Of a DNA stretch of 64,000 nucleotides, positions 50,164 through 63,309 are shown piece after piece. The translations under genes and the position numbers were made by a program. Every line of letters starts with the position of its first letter. Position 1 is the stretch's first letter. Below the pieces are notes generated by a model. That model saw only the letters and a list, made by a program, of their open reading frames with translations, had not been told where the DNA came from and made no database searches. This DNA is from Okamejei kenojei (lineage: Eukaryota), in the NCBI GenBank assembly GCA_035221665.1, contig CM069155.1, positions 19,344,001 to 19,408,000 on the forward strand, in the 5' to 3' direction.

Positions 50164-51188
50164 CTGGAAAAGAAATGCATTAGAAATAGTAACCAATAAC
50201 ACTAAGTTGTTTTCTGAACTAAGTTAAGTTTAGAAAATAAACAATTCAGAAATGAAAATCTACAAATGGAAACTATGCAGACCATGTACAAGTGTACTGT
50301 TACTTAAATGCAATTATCTAGAGTGATGCAAACAATTCCCAATGGTTCCTTAAATAATTCCAGAGCTTTTGCCTCCTCTACTCTCTTTGGGATCTTATGT
50401 TAAGCAAATAATTTGCTGATAGTTGCCATTCGTACAATTCAGGACAGAAATGCTGCTCGAGGTGAGATGCCCGTCCTTTAAACATGCAACTGGTCAGTAT
50501 TCAGTGGTCAGTCTGCTATTTAGATTGCCCACCATGATCATGAGGCCGTCACGTAATTAAAAATGGCAACAGCAGGAAGAGCTTCTTACGAATTACTATA
50601 TTTTTAGCGCTATTATATTTTCAGGCAGTTTCTATACTTAAGTGTTCATTTTTCAAATCAATTAACTTTATTTTTAAACCAAATACTTGTCGAGGTTGCA
50701 CAAAACTGTCAATTTAACTGACCATAAAATGTGATAAAATGCCACTAAAATATGTAGATTGTGATTTCTGTTGTTTTCAAAGTATTTGCAGTTTGATGGA
50801 AGTAAAAGATAAAACTATTTGTAATTGACATTGCAATGATCTACCACTTGCAGAATTTCAAACCAAGTATTAACAGAAAATTCATTTACAATTATTAGCC
50901 GTTTATAAAATGTTGTTACAAGTTTGACGTACACAATCTATTTAATAAGAATTTAGTTACAATAGTAAAACAAAACAATTGTAATAAATACAGCAATACT
51001 ATTTTGATGTTCAATTATTGACTGTGCAAATTCTGCAGTGGAATTAGGCTATTACTGGATACATTAAAAACTTTATTGGACACCACTGGTTAAATCCTCA
51101 CAATTCAATCATGTACTGGAAAACATTAAATATAGAATAGCTTAATTTAAAAGTTGTATTAAAACTATAATGTTAATTTTGTGCTTAC

Positions 51189-51260
51189 CTTAGGACTATA
51201 GGTTTTAAAAACTCCTTCATACATTCCACCATTTTTCACTTTTAATTCACATTTTGCACC
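51189..51260 (-). CDS. ATXN2: ATXN2 exon, Lsm, GAKCELKVKNGGMYEGVFKTYSPK (72 nt)
   Basis: CAG acceptor, GTAAGC donor, phase 0-0. Confidence 0.96.
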
Positions 51261-51969
51261 CTGCAAGTGCAAAGAGCAAGACTGGCATTAACTTAGGATC
51301 AAATAAGTAGCAAACCGTCCCATTGCCAATGCTAATCTCAATACATTACACTTTTCTAGTTCAAATTCTGCAGCTATTTGTGGATGAACTGGTTGTAGGA
51401 ATTAATAAAAAAAAGTTACCAATCACAAATTTTCGAAATTTATTTTTTAAGCAAGAATTAAAAAATCTCTTACAGGTAGCATAAGAAATGAGGCACATTT
51501 GCCATTTCAGGAGTACATTTCCCAAGATATTAAGTTCATGAACTGGTTAAATAAGAAATCAATTATTTCCCCCAAATTGTCTATGGTCTTCAAAGTAAAA
51601 CTCTAGTGTGAAATTTCCACAATGCCATAACAAGTACTGTAAAAAACACAATTTGGTGCCAATGTCACAGGTACAATTCACACACATCTCAGAATCAAAC
51701 GTTTAGTACCAGATCATTTTAAAGTGTCCAAAAAAGTAAAGAAAATTATGGTCTATGAGCTGCTACCTTCTAGATGAGATTGGATGAACCTTAACAATTT
51801 TCAAATTACTGTTTAAGACCACAGGAGTGCGTCCATTGTTGGTGCTAAAGTTCATCCATCAATCTATACCAAAAATAGATTAAATAATTTAATTGTTTCG
51901 TGTTTGAGATCTGTATGTGCAATTATCTTGGCTTTAAAATTTCAGTAGTATTTCTTTGGTTATAAATAA

Positions 51970-54216
51970 CAGGGCTCGAAATTAGCAGTTGCCCGGGTGC
52001 CAATGGCAACTTACGGTCCCGCTGGGCAACCTAAAAGCCATGCCATTTTGCTCGACTTGGCAAGCAACCGGGACACCCGCCCACCATCCATGTCCGGATC
52101 TCGGCTCCACACTCGCTCTCCGCTCGGCTCGGCCGGCCGCCGAGCACATCATCGGCCATGGTTGTGTGCATGTGCAGCTCTGCCATTGCTGTCCGGGCAC
52201 TGCCTCACCGTTACTGCTGAAAAACAACGCAGAATCGCTCCCTGGAGCTGGAGTAACTCCCTGGAGTAACTCTTGCTTCTTAGTTTCCTGGTGCTCCAAA
52301 AATATTCAAAATGGAATTTAAACTGGTGGACCCACCACCACCAAACTTCAAACTATGGAAAAATAAAAGCCTATTGCATTTTATCCATTTATTTATTGTG
52401 TATATATATGGTCTACAGTATATAGACATACTGAACTTTTATCTCCTGTTCTGTATTATGTTTGTGCTGCAGCAAGCAAGAATTTAATTGCCCTATCTGG
52501 GACACATGACAATAAAACTCTCTTGACTCTTGACTTGAAGCAAAAAAGGGTTCTTGGGAAAAATAAAGCAACCTTATATTTAGTTGCGTCTGGTTGGTAC
52601 CTATGGTAGGGTGAAGACTATTCCATGCTTTAATTGTGCGGGGGAACTCCATGGAGCAGCCAGCATCTCTGGATAGAAAACATTGGGTGACGTTTCGGGT
52701 AGAAACCCTGCTTTACATTTCCTCTGGTTTTAGTGTTTTTAGTTTAATTTAAAGATACAGCGCGGAAACAGGCCCTTCGGCCCACCCAGTCCATGCTGAC
52801 CACCGATCACCTGTACTCTAGTTCTATCCCACATATCAGCAACGTAAGTCAAGAGTGTTTTATTCTCTCACGTCGCAGTTAGAACAATGAAATCCTAACT
52901 TGCAGCAGCACAACAGAATATGTAAACATAGTACTCTGTAAACAATGTTATAAACAAGAAAACAAAACTCCATACAGATAGCACCCAGATTCAGGATCAA
53001 TTCCGGTTCTCTGGCAATTTTAGGCAGTAAATTTATGGCCAATGTACTGCCCAATAGCCTTGAACTGAATTAAAACATACAGTAGCTATAAAGGGGTGCA
53101 TAGCGTCACTTAGAGATTTAAGACTGAAAATGGATAGTTTCTTTTTTTTTTAAGTAACCAAAGTTATCAACGTATAATTTTTTGTGTGTTGGAAAATAAA
53201 ATATAGTGGCACAGCTGGTGGACTTGCTGCCTCACATGCCAGAGATCTGTGTTCGATCCTGTTCTCGGGCACCGTCAGTGTTGAATTTGCACATACTCCC
53301 TGCAAGCGTGTGGGTTTCCTCCCACATCCCAAAGACACATTGGCTTTGTAGGTTAACATGTCTCAGTAAAATTTCCCCCAATATGCAGGAAATGGGTGAG
53401 GAAAGTGGGATAACAGAACTTGGGTGAATGGGTAGACAAAAATGCTGGAGAAACTCAGCAGGTGAGGCAGCATCTGTGTAGCAAAGGAAATAGGCGACGT
53501 TTTGGGTCGAGACCCTTCTTCAGACTGATGTCGGGAGGGATGGGGGTGGAGACAGTAAGCTGTGGGAGAGCTGGGAATAGGAGAGGAAGGAGGGAGAAAG
53601 CAACGACTACCTGAAATTGGAGAAGCCAATGTTCATACCGCTGGGGTGTAAACTACCCAAGCAAAATATGAGGTGCTGTTCCTCCAATTTGCGGTGGACC
53701 TCACTCTGGCCATGGAGGAGGCCCAAGACAGAAAGGTTGTATTCGGAATGGGAGGGGGAGTTGAAATGCTGAGCCATCGGGAGATCAGGTTGGTTATTGC
53801 GAACTGAGTGGTGTTGTGCGAAGCAATCGCCAAGCCTGCGCTTGGTCTCACCGAGGTTGATCATACGCTGAATAACCATATTTTTGTTTGGAAGTGGAAA
53901 GAGATAATATAAATTGCATTCATTGCAATGTGTAAAAAGAGATGAGATACTGTATTGTAATGTTGCTGCATGTCATTGTGGTATATATTATGTCGTGATT
54001 GGTGAATATGTTTAGTTTGTGACTTTATTTGAAGCAGAAATAATATGTGAATGCTTCATTGACCATAATTCCGACTGGTAACTATGCACTTTGTCCAAGC
54101 ACATTATCGCACGCTTCATGCAAGCCGTCTTAAATGACCACCTAAACTGGCAACCTAAAAAGCTGCCGAGGTTGACCGGCTGGCAACAGGGGAAAAAAAG
54201 TTAAGCGAAAGCCCTG
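51970..54216. mobile_element. non-autonomous hAT-like DNA element with nested SINE/Penelope/Rex1 insertions
   Basis: ends CAGGGCT... / ...AGCCCTG, GGCAAC subterminal repeats at both ends, possible 5-bp TSD AATAA/AATAG. Confidence 0.7.
53430..53880 (-). mobile_element. Penelope-like element 3' fragment (GIY-YIG endonuclease end + terminal repeat)
   Basis: GETKRRLGDCFAQH...AQHFNSPSH...RKLEEQHLIFCLGSLHPSGMNI. Confidence 0.9.
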
Positions 54217-54980
54217 AATAGTTTTGAGACATCAAAGTCAAGAAAAGCTGTATAAATGTAATTTATTATTACAAAAATTGTAAATAACAAATCATCCTCT
54301 TGGCAAACAAAAACTTTTACCATGCTGTTGTGACAAACTGCATTCTTCTCACACATTGCAATATGCCTAATATTCTTTTTCTATAACCACATCCATTTAA
54401 GGTGTTACTACATGTTTCCAAAAATAAGAAACTGAAAATTTTAAGATGTAACTCGTTCCCTTAATTGATGCATGTTATTGGAAAATGCACCAAAAAACCT
54501 TGAAATAGAGGAATGAGAAAGGAAACTGCAAAACGTCAATATAAATGGAAATAACAAAAGGGTTTTATTTTCTATACACCACTAAACATACAAGCTTGAA
54601 ATATTGTATTTAAGAATGGCCAATATTTTAATTTTACCACATTATTTGACAAGATGAAAGTGGAAATGGTGTCACAAACCTCCAGACAAGAAAGCAACTA
54701 CCTCTGGAGACAAATTCAGATAATTATGTACAGTTAGAAACATAGCAACAAACTGAATTTTAGTCGTGGGGCAAAAACAAGGCACAAGGGGAAACCACCA
54801 AGTGATCAAAAGTTGTCAGCAACTGCTCCGCTGGGCCTTATCCTAACACAGGGCCCAGTGGAGCAATTGCAGACAACTTACAATTTGCAGTATTATGATC
54901 TGCCAAATTTATCCAAATTTGGATGCCATACAAGGCACAACATACAATTAAAAGCACCAAAAGACACTTGCATGAAATTA

Positions 54981-56244
54981 CTGTATTTCCCGGCAATGAA
55001 GACTATTTTCTACCCAAATATATGGCACGAAAATTTACCTGCGCCTTGAAAGCCAATGGTTAGGTTGTTAGCCAAGAAAGATAGACTTGGCTATCCCTCA
55101 GCACAACAACATCAAGAACGACGATGCTGTTGAGGGATAGCCAAGTCTATCCCTCATTGCTGGCAGCTGATAGGAAGCGGCTGTAAAAGGACAGTGCCAC
55201 TGGGGAGGGGGGTGAGAGTTCCTTTCACAGCGTGCAGGGAGTCTGGCCCAGGTCAGCACGGCCTGGGCTGCACAAATTGACTGGGCCGCCAGGGATAAAG
55301 TAGTGGGTAGGGCAGGAGCGTTGAGAAGGAGGGGGTCGGGGTTCATGCCAGCAACTGACTCACTCACCGCTGCCGCGGTGCTCCAAGCGCGGAGCCATCA
55401 CATTGTGGCCGGGGAGAGAAGTAGCTTGGGTGCCTGCGAGCGGCCGCTGGGACCGGAAAGCGTAAACCAGCCACTACCTCAGCGCCTTCTTCTGGCCCGC
55501 TCATCTCTGGCAGTGCTCCCCGGCCTCGCTCATGTCAGCCGCTTCACGCAGATCCTTAAATTCCGACTGCCGCCGGGAACAGGACATGGGCTCACTTGCT
55601 GCGCTGGGTGACACTGCATGGCATTCACTGCCCAGTCCGTGTCTTTCAATATAAATTTGCAGGGAGACATGCTTTGGAGGCGTGTGGCGATTGTCGGTCA
55701 AGTGAGAATAACAGAGAATAAGAATGCTGCTGCCTTGTCAACAGACGTGCACAAAAACAGTTGGTATTAGTTTGGAAATTCTCGTGATCCCTATTTTTGA
55801 CCTGGCCCGGAGACCGGACAGTGAGGGGACCAGCTCAAGAGCAAAGATCATAGAGCAGAGCTGGTCAGCGGGCGATGGATAACAGGACAGCAGGAGTGGA
55901 GCTTACTCCTGTGTCAGCGCCAGTAACCTCATCTGGTCCCTTGAACTAGTATTGTTATTCAATAAGATCACAACTGATTCAACTTGTCCTGCTGTGCTCC
56001 CATTTTCCCCCACCATCTCTCCACCTGCCGTCACTCTCCACCCCCACCCATTCAGTCATTCAGAATGAAGGAGATCTGGAAGCCTTGGGCAAATTGAATT
56101 GCTACTTTCTTTATTTTTAATTTTTTTGTTTTTATTTTTGAGCGTCAGAAATTCTACGTCCCACCAGCCATTTTTTAAAATTTAGCAACTCAAAATGGGG
56201 GTGCGTCTTCAACGCAGGTGCATCTTCATTGCCGGGAAATACGG
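54981..56244. mobile_element. non-autonomous pogo/Tigger-type (Tc1-mariner superfamily) element
   Basis: 22-bp TIR C(T/C)GTATTTCCCGGCAATGAAGA, TA on both flanks. Confidence 0.88.
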
Positions 56245-56559
56245 TATTAGGGATATTTCAAAGAATATTGGAAAGGAAAGAGCTTAGCAATGGAATTCAA
56301 TGTTAATACACATTGGATTAAAAAAAGGGAAGTTAGATAACCTAGAAGTGCAAATGAATTTTGGACTACCAGTTTACAATACTAAAAACTGCACTGGAAC
56401 AGGATAGGATATGATCATAAAAAACTTAAGATGTTTTGGCAATTAGCACATAATATAAAAGTTAAGGAACAATGATGAATCTACACAAAATTATACGATC
56501 ATTTTTAGTTATTGTTTACAGCACTGGTGTCTAATTTATGTCACGCCTACAAAGGCATG

Positions 56560-58395
56560 AACTAAATCAGATATATTCGATCAGATATATGAGGGCATTG
56601 TGGGAAACTAGAGAGGAAATTGCAGGAGCCCTGCTTGAAATTTGCGAGTCGTCCTTAATTACAGAAGAGGTGGCGGAAGACTGGAGGGTGGCAAATGTTG
56701 TGCCTCTATTCAAGAAGGGCGACAGGGCAAATGCTAGGAATAGGTTATACAGACATTTGGATGGGCAAGGACTGATTAGAGATATGATTAGAGATAGTCA
56801 GTATGGTTTTGTACGTGGGAGGTCATGTCCCACAAATCTGATTGAGTTTATTGAAGACGTGACCAAAAATATAGATGAGGGCAGAACTGTAGATGTTCGG
56901 TAAGGCATTCAACAAGATAGGCTGCTCTGGACGGTTAGATCACATGGGATCCAAGGAGAAATAGCTGAGTGGATAGCAAATTGGTTTCACTAGAAGGAAG
57001 CCGAGGGTGATCGTGGAAGGTTGGTTCTCAGATTGGAAGCTTGTGACTAGTGCAGAGATGCCAACCCTAAATTTAGTTCACAGTAACATTCAACCCATTT
57101 GTCCGTAACAAATGGGGGTAAATGCATTTCTCTCAGTAACATACTACTCACTTGGGGTTGTTGCCGGCGGCTATGCGCCTGCGCACTGGTGCAGATCAGC
57201 GGGCTGCCGGCGGGCGGGTGCGGCACATGCGCACTTGGCAAAGTTGCCGGCGGGTCTGCGCCTGCGCACTGGGTGGGGGTGGGGGTGGGGGGGAGGCCCG
57301 GTGATGGGGCTGCCGCGAGCGGCCGGCGGCAAAAAACGTCGCCGTGTCGCTGATCGCGCGGGCCGGCGCCGCCCGGGCTCTGGGCCGGGCGTGGCTGCGA
57401 GCTGCCGGGCTGGCAAACCGGGGGCACATGGCGCCGGCGTTCACCACGGGAGGAACACCGGCGCGGCGGTGTTCCGTAACAGCATGTTTGGCTGCCGGAA
57501 CACCGTAATATGGTTATTTCGCCGGGACAAAATACGGCGAATCCGGGACACTTGGCACCTCTGCTAGTGGTGTGCCTTCACGGTTCGGTGCTGCGCCTGT
57601 TACTGTTTGTCATCTACATTAATGATTTGGATGAGAACATACAGGGCAAGATTAGCAAGTTTGCTGATGACACAAAAGTGGGTGGTTTTGCAGATAGTTA
57701 CGATGGTTGTGAAAGTACAGCAGGATCTGGATCGATTGGCCAGGTGGGCTGAGGAATGGTTGATGGAATAGAATACATGGACATGTGAGGTGTTGTATTT
57801 TGGGACGTCTAACAAAGGCAGGACCTACACAATGAATGGTAGGCCTCAGGGAAGTGTTGTAGAGCAGAGGGATCTGGGGGTGCTGGTGCATGGTTCCTTG
57901 AAGGTCGAGTCGCAGGTAGATAAGGTGGTCAAAAAGGCTTTTGGCACATTGGCCTTCATCAGTCAGAGTATTGAGTATAGAGGTTGGGAGGTCATGTTGC
58001 AGTTGTATAAGACCTTGGTGAGCGCATTTGGAGTATCGTGTTCATTTCTGGGCACCATGTTATAGGAAATATATTGTCAAGCTTGAAAGGGTTCAGAGAA
58101 ATTTCCAAGGATTTTGCCAGGACTAGAGGGTCTGAGCTATAGGGACAGGTTGAGTAAGGCTCTATTCCTTGGAGCCTAGGAGGATGAAGGGTGATCTTAT
58201 AAAGGTATACAGGATCATGAGAGGAATAGATTGGGTAGACTTTTTCACACAAGAGTGTTGGGTGTATGGAACAAGCTGTCAGAAGAGGTAGTTGAGGCTG
58301 GGGCTATCCCCATCTTTAAGAAACAGCTGGACAGATACATGGATAGAACAAGTTGGGTTTGGAACAAGCGCAGTCAGGTGTGACTAGTGTAGCTG
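56560..58395 (+). mobile_element. CR1 LINE remnant interrupted by a MITE
   Basis: EDWRVANVVPLFKKG, SQYGFVRGRSC.TNLIEF, YINDLDE..KISKFADDTK motifs. Confidence 0.92.
57053..57563. mobile_element. 511-bp CpG-rich MITE (hAT-like ends)
   Basis: TIR CAGAGATGCCAA / TTGGCACCTCTG; CTAGTG duplicated at 57047-57052 and 57564-57569. Confidence 0.9.
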
Positions 58396-60154
58396 AGAAT
58401 AATTGGGCACAGAAACATGGGCCCTTTTGACAGCGGTTTATAGGTGAAAGAAACTGAAAACAATAATAAGCAGATGTTCAGAGGAATACGAGGTGGGAAA
58501 GGAGAAAGGAATCATAAACTCAGTTACCATTAATGAGATCAGTGCAGGCAGGATTGCAAGCTTAACAAGACCTTAAAAACACAACGGGGTACTTTGTTCA
58601 TGTAATCATTTACTTGATGAAAAAAATGAATTTGAATTCATATTAGGCATTGATTAGCTAACAAATAGAGTACCTATACAATTAATGCACCACTTATATT
58701 AAAAATTGTTAAATCTTTGTCTTTCCCTGTGGTTCCAATACAATTATACCAAAAATCTTTCAAACCGTCAAATGTATTTTGAGCAAAAAGCTTCCATTTA
58801 CATAGTGCCTTGCAACCCCACGGGATCATCAATTGTAATTAACCTCTGAAGGAGTTGGTGATATACATGTAAAATCATGCCAAATTTATGCACAGCATGG
58901 TTCTGTAAATTGAAAGTTAATTAAGGATTTTGATCTGCTTTTAAAATTGTTAGCTGAAGAGGAAAAAGATAGCTGGACTTCCTGCTTCCCTTTGAGGAGT
59001 TCCAAGGGATTGTTTACATCGACCCGAGCTGATGTACAGAACCTCAGATTAACATGTTAACTGAATGAAAACACTTCCAATAATTAAACTGTCCTTGCAT
59101 ATGCACTGCAGTGTCAATGTAGTTTTACACATTCAAGTCAGAAGCATGGCAATATCCCACAACATATCTAGGAAAAGAGTAGTCCCGACTATTCCAAGTC
59201 AACACTTACAAGCAGTATAATGGGTATATAGTACCAGTGTATGGCAAATAAATAAGGCAGAAACGATTCACAAGAACAATTCAGAGGAAGCATTTGTTCA
59301 CACTGAGTTAATAGATTATGGAGTATTTCACAATAAGACAAAGGCAAGGACATTTGAAACAGTTCATTGCAGTATTTAAAAAGAGATAAATAAGCCTAAT
59401 CCTACTTTGGCACTACAGACCACCTCTTGCACTCCCATGGACTTGTTTTCTAATTGTGTATTTTTGCGTGGATGAGGTGAAGTGTGAAAGACCGGCCAAA
59501 GCGGGAAGCGGCAGGGTCGGCGTAACTATCACGATGACTGACAGAAACTAGGGCAACAATCCTTTTGCACTGTGTTTGTTTTCATGATCTTATAGACATC
59601 TTTAATGTCACCCATTCCTTCTCTCCAGGGATGCTGCCTGTCCCGTTGAGTCACTCCAGCTTTGTCTTTCTTTATAGCTAATAGTCTCTAATACAGGCAA
59701 CATTCTGGTAGCCTCATCAAAGCCTCCACACAGCCTTCTGGTCATAAGGTGACTAGCACTGTAGATAATAGTCCAAACGCAGACTAACCAAAATTTCATA
59801 GAGCTGCAAATGATTTCCTGATTGTTAACTTAATGCCTTCAATCAATAAAAAGTAAACATACCACTCTCTCTACTTGCATTGCCACTTTCAGAGACTTAT
59901 GGATGTTGATCCCAAGGTCCCTCTGTGCATCAACACTGTTAAGGATGTTGCCATTAACTGTATACTTTCCCATTACATTCAACACTCTTAAGTCCAACAT
60001 TTTGCACTTGCATTGATTAAACTCAATTTACCATTTTTCTGCCCATTTCTGTAACTGCCCATAGTACCATTGGGCAGCCAGTTCTGAATCCAAATTACCA
60101 AACTATCATGGATCCCATGCACCTTATCAGCATATCATGAGGGTCTTTATCAAA

Positions 60155-60585
60155 TGGGCGGCAGTAGAATTGCTGTCTTACAGTGCCAGAGACCTGGGTT
60201 CGATCCTGACTACGGGTGAGTCTATACAGAGTTTGTACTTCTCCACAACCATGTGGGTTTTCTCTGGTTTCCTCCCACACTCCAAAGACGTACAGGTTTG
60301 TAGGCTAATTGGCTTTGGTAAAATTGTAAATTGTCCCTAGTGTTTAGGATAGTGCTGGGGTGGAAGATTGCAACCTTCACGTGGTCCGCCCTGTTTTGAC
60401 TAATGCAATCAACTCGATGCGCACAAATGGAAGATCAAATAGAACAAGTTGTCCAAAAACTTTAGGCTGTGCACGCCACACGAAAGAAGAAGAATAGTGC
60501 TAGTAACAGGTTGATCATGGTTGGCTCGGGCTCTGTGGGCCGAAGGGCCTGTTTCTGCACTGTATCTCTAAAGTCTAAAGTTTAA
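60155..60585 (+). mobile_element. HE1-like SINE containing the nested GAA-tailed element
   Basis: GGGTTCGATCC, GGTTTCCTCCCACACTCCAAAGAC, GGGCCGAAGGGCCTGTTTC tail. Confidence 0.85.
60357..60493 (+). mobile_element. ~135-bp GAA-tailed SINE-like element, copy 2
   Basis: 8-bp TSD ATAGTGCT (60349-60356, 60494-60501), GAAGAAGA tail. Confidence 0.85.
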
Positions 60586-62659
60586 ACGCCTTACTAAAAT
60601 TCAAGTAGATAACAACCACTGCCTTACCCTCATCAATCACGAACATCATCTTTAAAAAAACTCAATCAATTTAGCAGACAAAGCAATGCTGACTGTCCTT
60701 AACTAGCCCCATTCTATTCCAAAGAGAGTAAATCCTATCCTTAAGAATCCTCTCTAATGGCTTCTCTACCACTGACATAAGACTCACCAACCTAATATTC
60801 CCTGGATTCTCTCTACTAACCTTCTTAAATAACCAACATGCCTACTCTTCAGTCCTCACCAATGACGAGAGAGGATACAAAATTGTTTATCAAGGCCTCT
60901 ACAAACTCTTTTGCCTCTCTCAATAACCTGGGATCAATTCCTTCATGCCCTGGAGAGCTATCCACCTTAATGCCTCAAGAGACTCACCACCACCTTCTTA
61001 AACGGCCCTCCATCTTTGTCCCCTTATTGAATCCACATAGAAAGTACTCGTTTAGAACCTTACCTACAACCTGACTCCAAGCACAAATTCCCTCCTTTAT
61101 CCTTGAGTGCTCCTAGTTACCCTGATTTTTATTTTAATGTACATGTAAAAAGGCATGATTATCTTTAATCCAACATGCCAATGACTTTTCATGGCCCCTT
61201 TCATTCCTAATTCACTGCTTGAGTTTTTTTATTTCCTACTTGCTTTAGATTCCTTATAGGTCCTGTCTGATTTCATCTTCCTAAACTTTACATTTGCTAC
61301 ATTTTTCTTTTTAACCAAATTTACAACCTCTTGAGTCATCCAAAGTTCTCTTACTTTATCATCCTTATGCCTCTCCTTTGCTGGAACATGCTGGTCCTGA
61401 ACTCTGATCAGCTGGTCTTTAAATGACTCCCACATGTCTGATGTGGATTTACCCAATAACAGCTGCTCCCAATTTACTCTCTCTAGCTCCTGCCTAATAA
61501 CGCTGCAATCTTCCCCCATGTCCAGATTTATCCTGGCAATCCCGACTCATTCCTGGCAAATTTTATCCATATGTATAAGTGCTCTCATGTTTATATTGAA
61601 GTTGCTTTGCTATTTTTTATTCCACTCATTTCCTTTCAGTGGCCATTGTAACAATTAAATACTTTAAGTTTCTCCAATCATGTAATATCGGACAGATGTT
61701 TTTTGTAATAGGATTTGTGTTGCATGGAACTAACCATTGATAACGCTAGAATAACAATTTTAAAAGTAAAGCAATAAGATGCCTTGATGCAAGAAATTTC
61801 TTTTATCACTTCTCTCAGTTTCTTGCTATTCTGGTTTGAAGCAATTAATCGATAGTCTTTCCACAAATACCTCTTGCTATCAAACCAGAATGCAGTTACA
61901 ACAAACATGACCCATTTTCCCAACCCACATTCAACATGCATGTATGTACCAAAAACATATCCAAAGCAAACCTAACTGCCCCCGGTAAGGAGTAGGCACC
62001 ATTGTTCATTACTTGCACCAGGTGACCTTTTTAAAGATCAGTCTGAAGAAGGGTCTTGAACTGAAACATCACCCATTTCTTCTCTTCAGAGATGCTGCCT
62101 GTCCCACTGAGTTACTCCAGAATCTTGTGTCTAGCTTTGATTTAAACCGGCATCTGCAGTTCTTTCTGGACCTTTTTTAATTTACCTACTCAATGATGCT
62201 GACAAATGTGGAGGCTGAAAAAGGCAGATCTCTGTTCGTAGAACGCTTATTATTGAGACTACTGACTGCCTGATGTTTGTAGTCGTAGTTACAATTTGGG
62301 TCATATGTAACTAGTACATTCTAACCATGGTGCAACATGAAGGGGTGGAATAATTGAAATTAAAACGAATTATGGGGCTTAATTCATGTAACAACATGGT
62401 TATTCCTTCACGTTAAATTCCTAAAGACCAATGGAATCAGGATGTTCGATTTTTATGTAACAAAATGAAAGCTGCTATCTCTATTCTATTTAGCATGAAA
62501 TATTCAATATCTTCCAATTTGCTAGTTGTCAAAATTACAAATTACAAAAACTATTCCAGAGCTCATAAATTTCAAAACCAAATCTAATATACATTTTAGA
62601 ATTAAATATGGTGAAACTGATTTTTTTTAAAAAACAAATTATTCAAGATGTATACTTAC

Positions 62660-62719
62660 TACAACTGATGTAAGAATATGAACCATACGCATGTTTGCAT
62701 ATATTCCATCATACTGCAT
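62660..62719 (-). CDS. ATXN2: ATXN2 exon, start of Lsm domain, MQYDGIYANMRMVHILTSVV (60 nt)
   Basis: AG acceptor, GTAAGT donor; matches human ISFDGIYANMRMVHILTSVV. Confidence 0.96.
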
Positions 62720-62946
62720 CTGAGAAAACAATTTTAAGATATTAACTTATTTCAATACAACTTTTAAGTACACATGCTGAAAACAAGTATAATATTCACT
62801 GAATCTCATCTTTCTAACATTTAGTAAGACCTCTTATGTAGAGATGAACAGGTCAAGAGGTCAATAAATTTCAATTATCAATAAGCACACGTTATAATTA
62901 TAAATCTGTACCCACACATAATCTATATAGTATTATTATCATTTTA

Positions 62947-63309
62947 TTATATTACTAAAACTCTCATCTTGCTTGTTTTTTTGTTCCTGAAACTCGTCGA
63001 AAACGGTACACGATAGCGCGTCAATTTTAGGCCCACATTACTCACCATTGTCCTGCGATGTGCAGTTGCAAGATTTGTTCAGATTGATGTTATATTTTAA
63101 GTTGCTGACTGTTAAAACTTTAATAAACCTGCCAGTCGCGCTCCCACTTGCCGGCCGCGCCTGCGCAGTTGGGGGGGCGGTTGCCGTGCCCGGTATCCGC
63201 GCATTTTGGGATCGCCATTTTGACTCGTGTCACAACGGGAACCCGTCAGCCGCACTATGGGCGAGTGCTGGAATATTGCGTTCCCCCAACGGGTCCGCAC
63301 TTGGTCTAA
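62947..63309 (+). mobile_element. non-autonomous Helitron, short copy of the same family
   Basis: 5' TATATTACTAAAACTCTCATCTT matches the 5' end of the 11139-12027 copy; 3' CCCAACGGGTCCGCACTTGGTCTAA|T. Confidence 0.8.

Larger units (their letters stand above)
59670..61560 (-). mobile_element. degenerate CR1 LINE with nested SINEs
   Basis: RQELERVNWEQLL..MWESFK..W M..EV motifs; RT remnants. Confidence 0.7.
1520..62719 (-). other. ATXN2: ataxin-2 gene span (5'-incomplete; polyQ exon outside window)
   Basis: 22 GT-AG exons splice into one frame resembling vertebrate ataxin-2 (Lsm, LsmAD, PAM2, C-terminus VQAHHQQQL*); exon phases checked by hand. Confidence 0.97.

Noticed and set aside
57047-57567. 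several overlapping ORFs of 81-151 aa
   Set aside because: expected in very GC-rich MITE DNA; no transposase motifs
960-62170. recurrent ~100-bp repeats as a CRISPR-like array, and SINE heads as tRNA genes
   Set aside because: repeats are dispersed, divergent Penelope ends without regular spacers; the A/B boxes belong to SINEs with no cloverleaf
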